From: Candidatus Eiseniibacteriota bacterium
GTDB taxonomy: Bacteria; Eisenbacteria; RBG-16-71-46
DNA: 64,000 nt
Direction of reading: 5' to 3'
Assembly: GCA_963717505.1 (NCBI GenBank)
Contig: OY970342.1
Location: 3,296,001 to 3,360,000 of the forward strand
The notes under the pieces were generated by a model. That model was not told the origin of the DNA. It worked only from the letters and a program-made list of their open reading frames with translations, and ran no database searches. Numbering within the stretch: position 1 is the first letter of the stretch; each line of letters begins with the position of its first letter. This document shows positions 20,618-30,129 of the stretch, piece by piece. The position numbers were made by a program, and so were the translations under genes.

Positions 20618-22999
20618 CTATTGCTCGACGGCGAGCGCCACCCGGACCGGCATCCGTGAGGCACGCCGGGCCGGCAGCACGCTGCTGATCGAAGCCAGCA
20701 CGATGACCAGCACCAGCCACGCGCCGGTGGCGACGGGTGTCATGTAGAACTCGAGCGGGGCCTTGAAGAAGATGCGGCCGCTCGCAGCCTGGAGGACGTA
20801 GCTGGCCGGCGCGGCCAGGAGGCTCGCGACGACCCAGCTCAGAGTCCCGATCAGCAGCGCTTCGCACCAGACGTGGCGTGCGATCACCGACGGCCGAGCG
20901 CCGATCGCGCCCAGAACCCCGAACTCGCGCGTACGCTGGATCACGCTGAGCGCCAGAGTCGAGGTCAGCGCCAGGGCGCCGACGAACACGACGATCAGCG
21001 TTGCCATGGTCAGGATCGCCATGATGATCACCAGGTGATCGAGGATCCCCTGCCGGACGCCCTGCATCCGCTGGAGTCCCGATACCTCGATGCCGGCAGC
21101 CTCGAACGCCTGTTCCAGTCGCCGCGCGGCGTCGCGTTGCGCGGCGTCGTCGTGGCCACGCGTCACGATGCGCACCGTGCGCGACGAATCCGGCGATCGG
21201 CCGGTCGCGGCCAACACGGCGCCCTGGGCGGCATAGATGACCGGCATGGGCGCCAGCTCGCGGACCACCCCGACGATCGGGAACGAGACGGTTCGGTTTC
21301 CGATGCGAACCTGAACCTGCTTGCCGACGCCGAGCGAGGGATTCCGGGTCAGGACGGCGCGATTGACCACCGCCGCATTCGAGTCCGCCGGCTCGAGCCA
21401 TCGGCCGTCACCGAGCTGGAGCGTCAGCAGCCGCGAGCCGGGATCCGGGCCGACCAGGGCGACGGTTGCTCCCGGTACTCCACTCGGACCGATCAGGTAG
21501 GGCGAGGCGCCGGGCCAGAACTCGGCGCGCTCGACTTCGGGGACAGTGGTCAGGACCGCGTTCAGCTCGGCGATCGCCTGGGGCTCCGCGAGACTCAACG
21601 TCAGATCGTAGCGCCGGGCAGCGAAGTCTTTGTCGACCGCGCGGTTCCACGCGGCGGCCACATTGAGCGCCGACATGAACACTGCGCCGCCCATGGCCAG
21701 CGTACCGACGGTGAGTGCCAGTCGCCCGCGCTGTTGAAACGAATTCCGCAGCGACAGCGCGAGCGGGCGCGGTAATCCCCGCAGTCCGGCGAGCCATCGA
21801 TCCAGGCGACGAACTCCAAAGGGCAGCACGGCACCACCGGTGCTCAACGCCTCGCGCACGCTGATCCTCGAGGCGCGGTGGATGGGAACCAGAGCGACCG
21901 CGAGCGGAATCAGGACTCCAATCGGAACCTCGGCGGCGAGCAGCCACCACGGGAAGGGAACCTGCGTGATGTCCGCATTCAGGATGCCCGCGGCGAACTG
22001 GGCGTAAGCACGGCCGACCACCAGCCCCAGGGGAATGCCGATCGCCAGCGCCCCGATGGCGAGGACGGCGACCTGGCCCAGGTAGATCCCCGCCACCTGG
22101 CGGCTGGTCGCACCGATCGCCTTCATCATTCCGACCTGACGAACCTCCTCGGCCATCAGGGCGTGGACCATGGCGGCGACCAACACCGCGCTGAGCGCGA
22201 AGCTGAGAATGCCGAACGCGAGCAGCAGGAACAGGAACGATTCCATCTGATCGGCGTGGGGATGTCGCCCCGGCGCCGGCACCGTGACGCGGAACACCGT
22301 GCGCCCCTGACGCTCGAGCATGGTGCGCACCGAATCGGCGACCTCGCGGATGTAGCCTTCGTCGGTCACGTGGTCGGCCACGAGGATCTTGAGCTGCGCC
22401 GACTCGCCGTCTCCGCCGCGAAGCGGCGAATCCCAGCGGACGAAGCCTGGAACCATGTGCTCCATCCACGCCGGAGCCAGTCCGGCGGCGTGCACCGTTC
22501 CGGCCACGCGCACTGGACGCTCGTCGCCGCCCGAGGCGCGCACCACCAGGCGATCGCCGATGCCGACCTGCGCGACGGTGAGCGCGCTGCGTTCGAGCAG
22601 CACATCGGCTTCATCCGGCGGCCAGTCGCCGGCTTCGGGTTCGAAGGTGTCGAGGCGCTGGTGATCGAAGTCCCGAACCACGTACAACACGGCCGGCACC
22701 CATTCGTCGGCGCCGAGGCGGACGCGCGCCACGATCACCGGTCGAGCCTCGGCGTCGCCGACTCCCGGCACGCCGCGCACCGATTCGACCAACGCATCGT
22801 CGACCTGGTCCAGGGTCAACGTCGCCGACGCCGGCCGCGTGCGCCCGTACATCGAATTCAGTTCGGGTTGCAGCAGGATGTACTTGTAGAGCATCGCGCC
22901 GACCTGGAACACGCCGGCGGCCATGGCGACCATGGCCAACAAGGTGCGACCCGGCCGGCCGATCAGATCGCGGACGACCTTGCGCCACCTCGGGGCCAT
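20618..22999 (-). CDS. ABC transporter permease, FtsX/MacB family (duplicated module)
   Basis: Two periplasmic + TM repeats, RQVGMMKAIGA and REFGVLGAIGA motifs. Confidence 0.92.
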   Translation of the reverse strand: MAPRWRKVVRDLIGRPGRTLLAMVAMAAGVFQVGAMLYKYILLQPELNSMYGRTRPASATLTLDQVDDALVESVRGVPGVGDAEARPVIVARVRLGADEWVPAVLYVVRDFDHQRLDTFEPEAGDWPPDEADVLLERSALTVAQVGIGDRLVVRASGGDERPVRVAGTVHAAGLAPAWMEHMVPGFVRWDSPLRGGDGESAQLKILVADHVTDEGYIREVADSVRTMLERQGRTVFRVTVPAPGRHPHADQMESFLFLLLAFGILSFALSAVLVAAMVHALMAEEVRQVGMMKAIGATSRQVAGIYLGQVAVLAIGALAIGIPLGLVVGRAYAQFAAGILNADITQVPFPWWLLAAEVPIGVLIPLAVALVPIHRASRISVREALSTGGAVLPFGVRRLDRWLAGLRGLPRPLALSLRNSFQQRGRLALTVGTLAMGGAVFMSALNVAAAWNRAVDKDFAARRYDLTLSLAEPQAIAELNAVLTTVPEVERAEFWPGASPYLIGPSGVPGATVALVGPDPGSRLLTLQLGDGRWLEPADSNAAVVNRAVLTRNPSLGVGKQVQVRIGNRTVSFPIVGVVRELAPMPVIYAAQGAVLAATGRSPDSSRTVRIVTRGHDDAAQRDAARRLEQAFEAAGIEVSGLQRMQGVRQGILDHLVIIMAILTMATLIVVFVGALALTSTLALSVIQRTREFGVLGAIGARPSVIARHVWCEALLIGTLSWVVASLLAAPASYVLQAASGRIFFKAPLEFYMTPVATGAWLVLVIVLASISSVLPARRASRMPVRVALAVEQ

Positions 23000-23664
23000 C
23001 ACAACGCCAGTCGACCGTCGGACAAAGTGACGTTGCGGGTGACGCGTGGTCCGGGGTCGCGCTCATGGGTGACCACCACCACCGTCTTGCCCGATGCCAC
23101 GAGATCACCGAACAGGCGCAGCACCGCCGCGCCGGTCTCGGAGTCGAGATTGCCGGTGGGTTCGTCGGCGAGAATCAGCGGCGGGTCATTGGCCAGGGAA
23201 CGGGCGATCGCCACCCGCTGCTGCTGGCCGCCCGAGAGTGCGTTCGGCAGCTTATCCGCCTGGTCCGCCACCTCGACGCGCTCGAGCAGCTCGAGTGCTC
23301 GCCGGCGTCGCTGACTGGCCGGGAACGTTCCACAGAAGTCCATCGGCAGCATGACGTTCTCCGCGGCGGTCAACGCCGGCAGGAGCTGGAAGAACTGGAA
23401 CACGATGCCGACCTGGCGTCCGCGCCAGGCGGCGAGCTGATCGGGATTCAGCGAGCCGAGCTCCGTGCCGGCGACCGTCACGCGACCCGAGGTCGGGTGG
23501 TCGATACCACCCACCATGTTGAGCAGCGTGGACTTTCCACTGCCGGATCGGCCGACGATCGCGACGAACTCGCCCGCCCGAATCTCGAGGTCGAGTTCAC
23601 GCAGCGCCGGAAATGTGCCGGCCGAGGTCTCGTAGGTCTTGGTCAGATTCTGGAGCGAGATCAC
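22999..23664 (-). CDS. ABC transporter ATP-binding protein (LolD/MacB type)
   Basis: GRSGSGKST, LSGGQQQRV, ILADEPTGNLD; start set at GTG 23664 behind GGAGG. Confidence 0.95.
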   Translation of the reverse strand: MISLQNLTKTYETSAGTFPALRELDLEIRAGEFVAIVGRSGSGKSTLLNMVGGIDHPTSGRVTVAGTELGSLNPDQLAAWRGRQVGIVFQFFQLLPALTAAENVMLPMDFCGTFPASQRRRRALELLERVEVADQADKLPNALSGGQQQRVAIARSLANDPPLILADEPTGNLDSETGAAVLRLFGDLVASGKTVVVVTHERDPGPRVTRNVTLSDGRLAL

Positions 23665-23762
23665 GATCGAAGGCCTCCGGGGCGCATGGTGTCGGACCCG
23701 CAACGCGGGCTCCGCGAATGGCGCAGCTTCGGCGCGCTGCGCAACACCCCGCCACATTGCTG

Positions 23763-23836
23763 GGACGAGCGGCGTCTCGGCGGGGACGAGCGGCGTCGGT
23801 CGAGGACGCGCGGCGTCAGTCGAGGACGCGCGGCGT
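23763..23836. promoter_or_regulatory. Four direct repeats GGACG(A/C)GCGGCGT, putative LytTR operator
   Basis: Copies at 23763, 23784, 23804 and 23824 (period 21/20/20) in the divergent intergenic region between the ABC operon and LytS/LytTR. Confidence 0.7.
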
Positions 23837-23906
23837 GGCGTCACGTTTCAAACATGCGCGCAATTCTCGACGCCACGTCGATCGCGACGATGATAGGATT
23901 CCCGCA

Positions 23907-24992
23907 ATGCGTTCCTCGCTTCGCGCCACCACCCTGGCCCTGACCGCAGCCTCGTTCTTCGCGCTGCTCGAGATCGTTCGCACCACGCTGACCCGCGTGC
24001 TCGAAGGCGACGTGGTGACCGGGCGCGATCTGCTGCACGGGGTGCTGCCGCGCTGGGGCGCGGTCATGATCGTGTCGCCGTGGTGTGCCTTCATGGCGCG
24101 GCGCTTCCCGTTTCGCGATGGACGCATCGGGCGCACCCTGGCCGCGCACTTCGGCGGCGCCATGGTCTTCGTGGCACTGCACCTGGGCCTGATGATGGCG
24201 TTCCATCGGGTGATCCGGGGTCAGGACCGGTTACCGACAGGTCACCAGCTGCTCCACACCTACGCGTTCCTCCTCTTGCTCGAGTTGGGCATCTACACGG
24301 CGATCGTGATCGTGGTCTTGATGGTCGACGCACGTCGTGAGTCGGCCGAGCGGGCCCTGGCGTCGGCGAAACTCGAGCAGCATCTGGCGAGCGCCCGCCT
24401 CGAGAGCCTTCAGTCGCAGATCCGGCCGCACTTTCTGTTCAACACGCTGAATGCGCTGGCGGTCCTGGCGCGCAAAGGGGATGGCGCCGCCGTGGACCGG
24501 GCGATCGGCGACCTCGGAGAATTGCTGCGCGCGTCGTTCGCCGCCCCCGGACGCCACGAGATTCCGCTGTCCGAGGAGCTGGAATTCCTCGAACGCTACG
24601 TCAGCCTGCAGCGCATCCGCTTCCCGGACCGGCTGAACGTCGAATGGCAGGTGCCCGACGAGGTGCGGCCGGCGTTGGTGCCGGCCTTGCTCGTCCAGCC
24701 GCTGGTCGAGAACGCGCTCGAACACGGCCTCGCCACCGCCCGCGGGGGACACGTTCGCGTCGCCGCGCGTCGCGATCACGACGTGCTCGAGATCGAGGTC
24801 ACCGACGACGGACCGGGTTTCGGAGCGGCGGACCCGCGCGGAGCCGGTGTTGGACTGGCCAACACCCGGGAACGTCTCCGGCTCCTCCACGGAGAGCGAG
24901 GCACGTTGTCGTGTGGGAATCGCCCGGGCGGCGGCGGGCTCGTACGTATTCGCATCCCGTGGCGCGTGAACGGCGCGGGAGCGAGACCATGA
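23907..24992 (+). CDS. LytS/YehU-family sensor histidine kinase
   Basis: TM N-terminus, LQSQIRPHFLFNTLN, QPLVENALEHG, GVGLANTRERL. Confidence 0.93.
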   Translation: MRSSLRATTLALTAASFFALLEIVRTTLTRVLEGDVVTGRDLLHGVLPRWGAVMIVSPWCAFMARRFPFRDGRIGRTLAAHFGGAMVFVALHLGLMMAFHRVIRGQDRLPTGHQLLHTYAFLLLLELGIYTAIVIVVLMVDARRESAERALASAKLEQHLASARLESLQSQIRPHFLFNTLNALAVLARKGDGAAVDRAIGDLGELLRASFAAPGRHEIPLSEELEFLERYVSLQRIRFPDRLNVEWQVPDEVRPALVPALLVQPLVENALEHGLATARGGHVRVAARRDHDVLEIEVTDDGPGFGAADPRGAGVGLANTRERLRLLHGERGTLSCGNRPGGGGLVRIRIPWRVNGAGARP

Positions 24993-25750
24993 TCCGGGTG
25001 GCAATCGTCGACGACGAGCCGGTCGCCCGCGAGGGTCTACGCCTGTGGCTGTCGCATGAATCCGACGTGATCGTGGCCGGCGAGGCAGCGTCACCCGCCG
25101 AAGCCGTCGCGCTCATCCTGCGCGAGCGGCCCGATTTGCTGTTCCTCGACGTCCAGATGCCCGACGGCGACGGGTTCGACGTGATCGAGGCGATCGGCGG
25201 CGAGCACCTGCCCGAAGTCATCTTCGTCACCGCTCACGAGCGTCACGCGCTAAAGGCGTTCGACGCCGCAGCCCTCGACTTCCTGCTCAAGCCGGTGCGC
25301 GAGGAGCGCTTTCGCACGGCACTCGATCGGGCCCGTCACGAGCTGGAACGTGGCGAAGGTCGCACCGGACCGGCGCGAATCACCGCGTTGCTCGATCACG
25401 TTCGCGGGGCGGGTGGCACCGGGGGCGAACGGCGGATCGAACGATTCGCGGTGCGCACCCGGGATCGATTCGTCATCGTGCCCGCCTCCGCGGTGCGCTG
25501 GATCGCCGCGGCCGGCAACTATGCCGAACTGCACGTTGCCGGAGGCTCGCACCTGGTGCGAGCGACCATGGCGGAACTCGAAGCCGGGCTCGACCCCGAG
25601 CGATTCGCGCGCATCCACCGCGGGACCCTGGTTCGCGTCGATTGCGTGCGCGAGGTGGTTCCTTCCGCACACGGTGACTACGACGTCGTGCTCGACGATG
25701 GCGTCGAGCTGCGGCTCAGCCGGCGGTTTCGCTCGAGACTTCTGCCGTAG
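24989..25750 (+). CDS. LytTR-family response regulator
   Basis: AIVDDEP, FLDVQMP, DFLLKP, AAGNYAEL, FARIHRG. Confidence 0.94.
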   Translation: MIRVAIVDDEPVAREGLRLWLSHESDVIVAGEAASPAEAVALILRERPDLLFLDVQMPDGDGFDVIEAIGGEHLPEVIFVTAHERHALKAFDAAALDFLLKPVREERFRTALDRARHELERGEGRTGPARITALLDHVRGAGGTGGERRIERFAVRTRDRFVIVPASAVRWIAAAGNYAELHVAGGSHLVRATMAELEAGLDPERFARIHRGTLVRVDCVREVVPSAHGDYDVVLDDGVELRLSRRFRSRLLP

Positions 25751-26687
25751 TGGGTCGCTCGAGTTCGGCGCGATTCCAGCCGCCGAGCGCCGCGGCGGCC
25801 TCGTACGTGCTCTGCAGGAACTCGAGCAGCGTGGCGTCGGGGTCCGGCGAGCGACGGACGAGTTCGTAGGGGAGGACCCACTCGTGAAGCACCGGGTGGT
25901 AAGCCGCACCCGCGGGCCGCACACGCGCCTCGGGACACCCCGGCGGCTCGGGATAGGCGTAGGCGTAGAAGATCGCCTCCTCGACCGGCGCCCCGACGGA
26001 ACCGGGCCACCAGCCGGCACTGATGCACTCGTGCGAGTAGGACTCGCGGGTCACGTAATCGGGCAGGTTGGGGATACCGCCGGGATGGGGTGGCGCCCGA
26101 CGACCCGAGAATCGCGTGCACGCCAGGTCGAAGCTGCCCCACCAGAAATGCACCGGGCTGCACTTGCCGAGGAATCGTGCGCGAAACCTCTTGAGCACGC
26201 GATCCGCCTGCGCCAGCGCCCGCCAGCAGCGCTGGGCAGCGTCGGGATCGTACGAGGCGTGCGTGCGGTCGAGGTCGAAGCGGATCGGGTCCGCGATCTC
26301 ATTGGGCAGCGGGCGCATACGCACTTCGACCTCGAGTTCCCGCAGCAGCTCCCGATAGCGGCCGTAGAAGTCCGCCACGGTCTGCGGCACGAGCGGCAGC
26401 GTACGCAGCGCGCCGTCGCTGGTCCGGGCCACCAGGCGATGGTCGATGAAGTCCAGCTCGACTTCGAGCGTTCGTCCGCCACACGGCATCGGCGACGTCG
26501 TGAGTCCGCGCGCGGTCAGGTATTGAACCACGTGCCAGTAGTGGTTCTCCGCCGGCGACAGGGCGAGCCGCGTCTTGCCGATGATCTGGGTCCACAGATG
26601 GAGCGTGGCACGTGTGTCCTCCCAAGCGTGAAGCGGGAGATCGGGCCAAGCGCTCGAGGCCAGTGTCGTCGAATCGGAACGGGTCAT
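25716..26687 (-). CDS. DUF5996-family protein
   Basis: TRATLHLWTQIIGK, F.GKCSPVHFWWGSFDLA.TRFSGR, EAIFYAYAYPEP; 3' end overlaps the LytTR gene by 35 bp. Confidence 0.85.
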   Translation of the reverse strand: MTRSDSTTLASSAWPDLPLHAWEDTRATLHLWTQIIGKTRLALSPAENHYWHVVQYLTARGLTTSPMPCGGRTLEVELDFIDHRLVARTSDGALRTLPLVPQTVADFYGRYRELLRELEVEVRMRPLPNEIADPIRFDLDRTHASYDPDAAQRCWRALAQADRVLKRFRARFLGKCSPVHFWWGSFDLACTRFSGRRAPPHPGGIPNLPDYVTRESYSHECISAGWWPGSVGAPVEEAIFYAYAYPEPPGCPEARVRPAGAAYHPVLHEWVLPYELVRRSPDPDATLLEFLQSTYEAAAALGGWNRAELERPTTAEVSSETAG

Positions 26688-26707
26688 CGGGTCTCTCGGA
26701 TCACGGT

Positions 26708-26983
26708 CTAGCCCGGGATCGCCTCGAGGAACACCTCGTCGACGTAGCACCAGCCCCAGTCTTCGCCCAGCTCGAAGCTGCGAATCACCGGATGCTTGGT
26801 GGCGTGAAAGTGCTTGGTCGCGTGGCGATTCGGCGAGTTGTCGCAGCAACCAACGTGACCGCAGGTCAGGCACAACCTGAGGTGCACCCACCGGCCCCCG
26901 GCCGCCAGGCACTCCTCGCAGCCTTTGGGGGTTCGTGGCTCGACCGGATCGAGGCCGGCAAAGTGCGGGCAGGCGGGGGTCAT
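26708..26983 (-). CDS. Stand-alone UBP-type zinc finger protein
   Basis: CPH...GCEECL...WVHLRLCLTCGHVGCCDNSPNRHATKHF...WGWCYVD. Confidence 0.9.
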   Translation of the reverse strand: MTPACPHFAGLDPVEPRTPKGCEECLAAGGRWVHLRLCLTCGHVGCCDNSPNRHATKHFHATKHPVIRSFELGEDWGWCYVDEVFLEAIPG

Positions 26984-27009
26984 GGGGCCCATCCTAGCAT
27001 CGACGTCGG

Positions 27010-27777
27010 CTACGACTTCCGCGCTGCGGAATCCTTCGCGGCTGGCAGGTGTGGCTCGTGCAGCCGCACCGGGGCCGCCCCCTTGCGCAGCCGAAGATTC
27101 AACATCTCGACGAACACCGAGAACGCCATCGCGAAATAGATGTAGCCCTTGGGAATGTGATGGTCCAGGCCCTCGGCGATCAACGCGACTCCGATCAGGA
27201 GCAGGAAGCTCAAGGCCAGCATCTTGATCGTCGGGTGGCGATCGACGAAGCCGCTGATCGGACCGGCGAACACCAGCATGAACCCAATCGCCAGGACGAT
27301 GGCGGCGATCATGATCGGGATCTGGTCGACCATCCCGACCGCAGTGATCACCGAATCGAGCGAGAACACGATGTCGAGCAGCAGGATCTGGACGATGACA
27401 CCTAGGAACGACGCCTTCGCGCGCACCGTTCCCTCGTGCTCCGCCCCCTCGAGCTTGTCGTGGATCTCGCGGGTCGACTTGGCCATCAGGAACAGGCCAC
27501 CGAGGATCAGGATCAGATCGCGACCCGAGATCTCCTGGCCGAGCACGACGAACCAGGGCGCGGTCAGTCGGACCAACCACACCAGCGACAGCAACAGCCC
27601 GATGCGCAGGAACATGGCGAGCGAGAGCCCGATGTGGCGGGCCCGCGCCTGCGAAGCACGGGGCAAGCGGCCGGCCAGGATCGCGATGAAGATGATGTTG
27701 TCGATGCCGAGCACGATCTCGAGCACCGTGAGCGTGGCGAGCGCGATCCACACCTGCGGATCCTGGATCCATTCCAT
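27010..27777 (-). CDS. TerC-family membrane protein
   Basis: LEIVLGIDNIIFI, LLDIVFSLDSVITAVG, HPTIKMLALSFL. Confidence 0.93.
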   Translation of the reverse strand: MEWIQDPQVWIALATLTVLEIVLGIDNIIFIAILAGRLPRASQARARHIGLSLAMFLRIGLLLSLVWLVRLTAPWFVVLGQEISGRDLILILGGLFLMAKSTREIHDKLEGAEHEGTVRAKASFLGVIVQILLLDIVFSLDSVITAVGMVDQIPIMIAAIVLAIGFMLVFAGPISGFVDRHPTIKMLALSFLLLIGVALIAEGLDHHIPKGYIYFAMAFSVFVEMLNLRLRKGAAPVRLHEPHLPAAKDSAARKS

Positions 27778-27935
27778 GCGGCGAGATCTCCCTTGGGTCT
27801 CGACGGGGTTTGCAGGACATCACCGCCGTGGGCCGGCGGCCGCGCACTCTATCGCACGCGGGCGGGTCTGAGATAGATTGGCGTCCTGGCGGCCGCGCAC
27901 CGCAAACCGTGCGCCGCCCAGGAAAGGAACCCGAC

Positions 27936-28700
27936 ATGAATCGACGACAGGCCCTCAGAAACCTCGCACTCGGATCCGCGGCGGTGGCGCTGGCCGGCGC
28001 CCAACGTGGGTTCGCCGACGCGCCCGCCACCCACGCAGCCGCCTCGAGTCCGCAAGCCGCGCCCGCGGCCCCGACCGCCGCGGGACCGTTCACGGTGCCA
28101 GCGCTCGGCTACGCCTTCGACGCGCTCGAGCCCCATCTCGACGCCCAGACCATGCAGATCCACCACGACAAACATCACGCGGCCTACGTCACCAACCTCA
28201 ACAAGGCGGTTGCCGGCCGCAAGGAAGTCGAGGGCTGGAGCGTCGAACGGCTGGTTCGTGAGCTGACCGCGGTTCCGGAGGACATTCGCCCGGCGGTGCG
28301 CAATCACGGCGGCGGACACTGGAACCACTCGCTGCTCTGGACTTCGCTCAAGAAGGATGGAGGCCGCGAGCCGGACGCGGATCTCGCCAAAGCGGTCGGC
28401 GCCGCGTTCGGTAGCTTCGAGACCTGCCGCGAACGTTTCCAGGCGGCCGCCCTCGGGGTGTTCGGCAGCGGTTGGGCGTGGCTGTCGACCGACGCGAAGG
28501 GCGTGGTCCAGATCGAGACATCGCCCAACCAGGATTCGCCGTTGAGCTCGGGGCGCGTGCCGCTGATCGGGGTCGACGTCTGGGAGCACGCGTACTACCT
28601 CAAGTTCCAGAATCGGCGCGCCGACTATCTCGCCGCATTCGCCAATGTCATCGACTGGAGCGTAGTTTCGTTGCGCTACCGACAGGCGATGCAGGGCTGA
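27936..28700 (+). CDS. sodA: Fe/Mn superoxide dismutase (Mn-type signature) with twin-arginine signal peptide
   Basis: MNRRQAL Tat motif, HHDKHH, NHGGGHWNH, SPNQD, DVWEHAYY. Confidence 0.92.
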   Translation: MNRRQALRNLALGSAAVALAGAQRGFADAPATHAAASSPQAAPAAPTAAGPFTVPALGYAFDALEPHLDAQTMQIHHDKHHAAYVTNLNKAVAGRKEVEGWSVERLVRELTAVPEDIRPAVRNHGGGHWNHSLLWTSLKKDGGREPDADLAKAVGAAFGSFETCRERFQAAALGVFGSGWAWLSTDAKGVVQIETSPNQDSPLSSGRVPLIGVDVWEHAYYLKFQNRRADYLAAFANVIDWSVVSLRYRQAMQG

Positions 28701-28712
28701 CGCGGAACGCTC

Positions 28713-30059
28713 CTGGCCGCGAACCACGAACCTCCGCCGGGGGACCTGCGACGGGTCCTCAGCCTGTGGGACGCGACCTGCGTCGTGGTCGGCGCGATCA
28801 TCGGCGTCGGCATCTTCTTCACCCCGAAGGACGTCGCTCAGGTCACCGGCAGCCCGGGTGGAGCGCTGACCGCGTGGATCCTGGGCGGCGTCATCGCATT
28901 GCTGGGCGCGTTCACCTTCGCCGAGCTGGGCCGGCTCCGCCCGGTGGCCGGCGGCCAGTATCACGTGCTGCGCGACGCCTACGGCAAGCCGGCGGCCTTC
29001 CTCTTCGTGTTCTGCAACCTGACGGCGGTGCAGGCGGGCGCGGTCGCGATCATCGCGATCCTGTGCGCGCAGAATCTGGGAGTGGCGCTGCACGGGGCCG
29101 ACCCGTCGGGACGCTGGGTGACGCTGGTGGCGGCAGTACTCACCTGGGCGCTGGTTGGCGTCAACGTCCTCGGCGTGCGCGCGGGCGCGCGGCTCCAGGA
29201 TTCGACCGTGATCCTCAAGCTCGTGACGCTCGGCGCACTGGTGGTTCTCGCGGCCGTGGTCGACCCGGGAACGCCGCGGCCGTCACCCGCGACGGCTGGG
29301 GTCGCGCCTCTGGGATTCTCCGCGCTGTTCGCCGGCGTCACGTTGACCCTGTTCGCCTACGGCGGCTGGCAGCAGGTGCTGTGGGTGGCGGGCGAGGTGG
29401 TCGACGCTCGCCAGGCCGTGCCACGGTCCATCGTGCTCGGCGTCGGCATCGTGGTGGTCGCCTATCTTGCCGCCAACTGGGCCTACCTCGACTTGCTCGG
29501 CTTTCTCGGCGTGCGCGAGTCGAACGCGCTGACCGCCGACGCGTTCTCGGTGTGGAATCCAGGGATCGGACGGCGGCTGGCGGCCGCTGGGGTCGCGCTC
29601 TCGGCGTTCGGAGTGCTCAACGCCCAGTTCCTGACCGGGCCTCGCCTGACCTGGGCCATGGCCCGCGAAGGCCAGTTCTTCGCTCCGTTCGCCCGCTTGA
29701 GCCCCCGGTTCTCGACGCCGGTCGCCGCGATCCTGCTGCTCGGCCTGCTCGCGACCGCACTGATGCTCGGCCTCGGCTTGAATCGCACGGACCTGCTGAC
29801 CACGGGCGTGGTCGTGGTCGATGCCGTGTTCTTCGCACTCACCGGGCTCGCCTTGCCCGTGCTCAGGCGGCGCACGGCCGCCGACCGACTCGGGGCCGGC
29901 TGGGTGTCGTGGGCCGCGATCGGGTTCGCAGCACTCGAGCTGATGGCGATCGCCGGTTCGTTGCTCCAACGGGACGTTCGCTGGGTGGCGCTCAGCGGGT
30001 TGGCGTGGATCGCCGTCGCGGCACTCGTCTGGTTCTTCTGGTTTCGCCGGAGCCGCTAG
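28713..30059 (+). CDS. APC-family amino acid permease
   Basis: LRRVLSLWDA..VVGAIIGVGIF, FAELG, FAYGGW, about 12 TM. Homology extends upstream of the GTG at 28785, so a CTG start at 28713 is proposed. Confidence 0.85.
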   Translation: MAANHEPPPGDLRRVLSLWDATCVVVGAIIGVGIFFTPKDVAQVTGSPGGALTAWILGGVIALLGAFTFAELGRLRPVAGGQYHVLRDAYGKPAAFLFVFCNLTAVQAGAVAIIAILCAQNLGVALHGADPSGRWVTLVAAVLTWALVGVNVLGVRAGARLQDSTVILKLVTLGALVVLAAVVDPGTPRPSPATAGVAPLGFSALFAGVTLTLFAYGGWQQVLWVAGEVVDARQAVPRSIVLGVGIVVVAYLAANWAYLDLLGFLGVRESNALTADAFSVWNPGIGRRLAAAGVALSAFGVLNAQFLTGPRLTWAMAREGQFFAPFARLSPRFSTPVAAILLLGLLATALMLGLGLNRTDLLTTGVVVVDAVFFALTGLALPVLRRRTAADRLGAGWVSWAAIGFAALELMAIAGSLLQRDVRWVALSGLAWIAVAALVWFFWFRRSR

Positions 30060-30083
30060 GCGAGGCGTGATGCGGTAAGCCAA

Positions 30084-30110
30084 AGAGGGCCGGCCGCGGG
30101 CCGGCCCTCT
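30084..30110. terminator. Terminator hairpin between convergent genes
   Basis: AGAGGGCCGGCC-GCG-GGCCGGCCCTCT, 12-bp perfect stem. Confidence 0.75.
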
Positions 30111-30129
30111 GGCGGTGCCAACGTGCCGA

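Noticed and set aside
23763-23836. Repeats as a mini-CRISPR array
   Set aside because: 13-bp repeats with 7-8 bp spacers, non-palindromic, and no cas genes.
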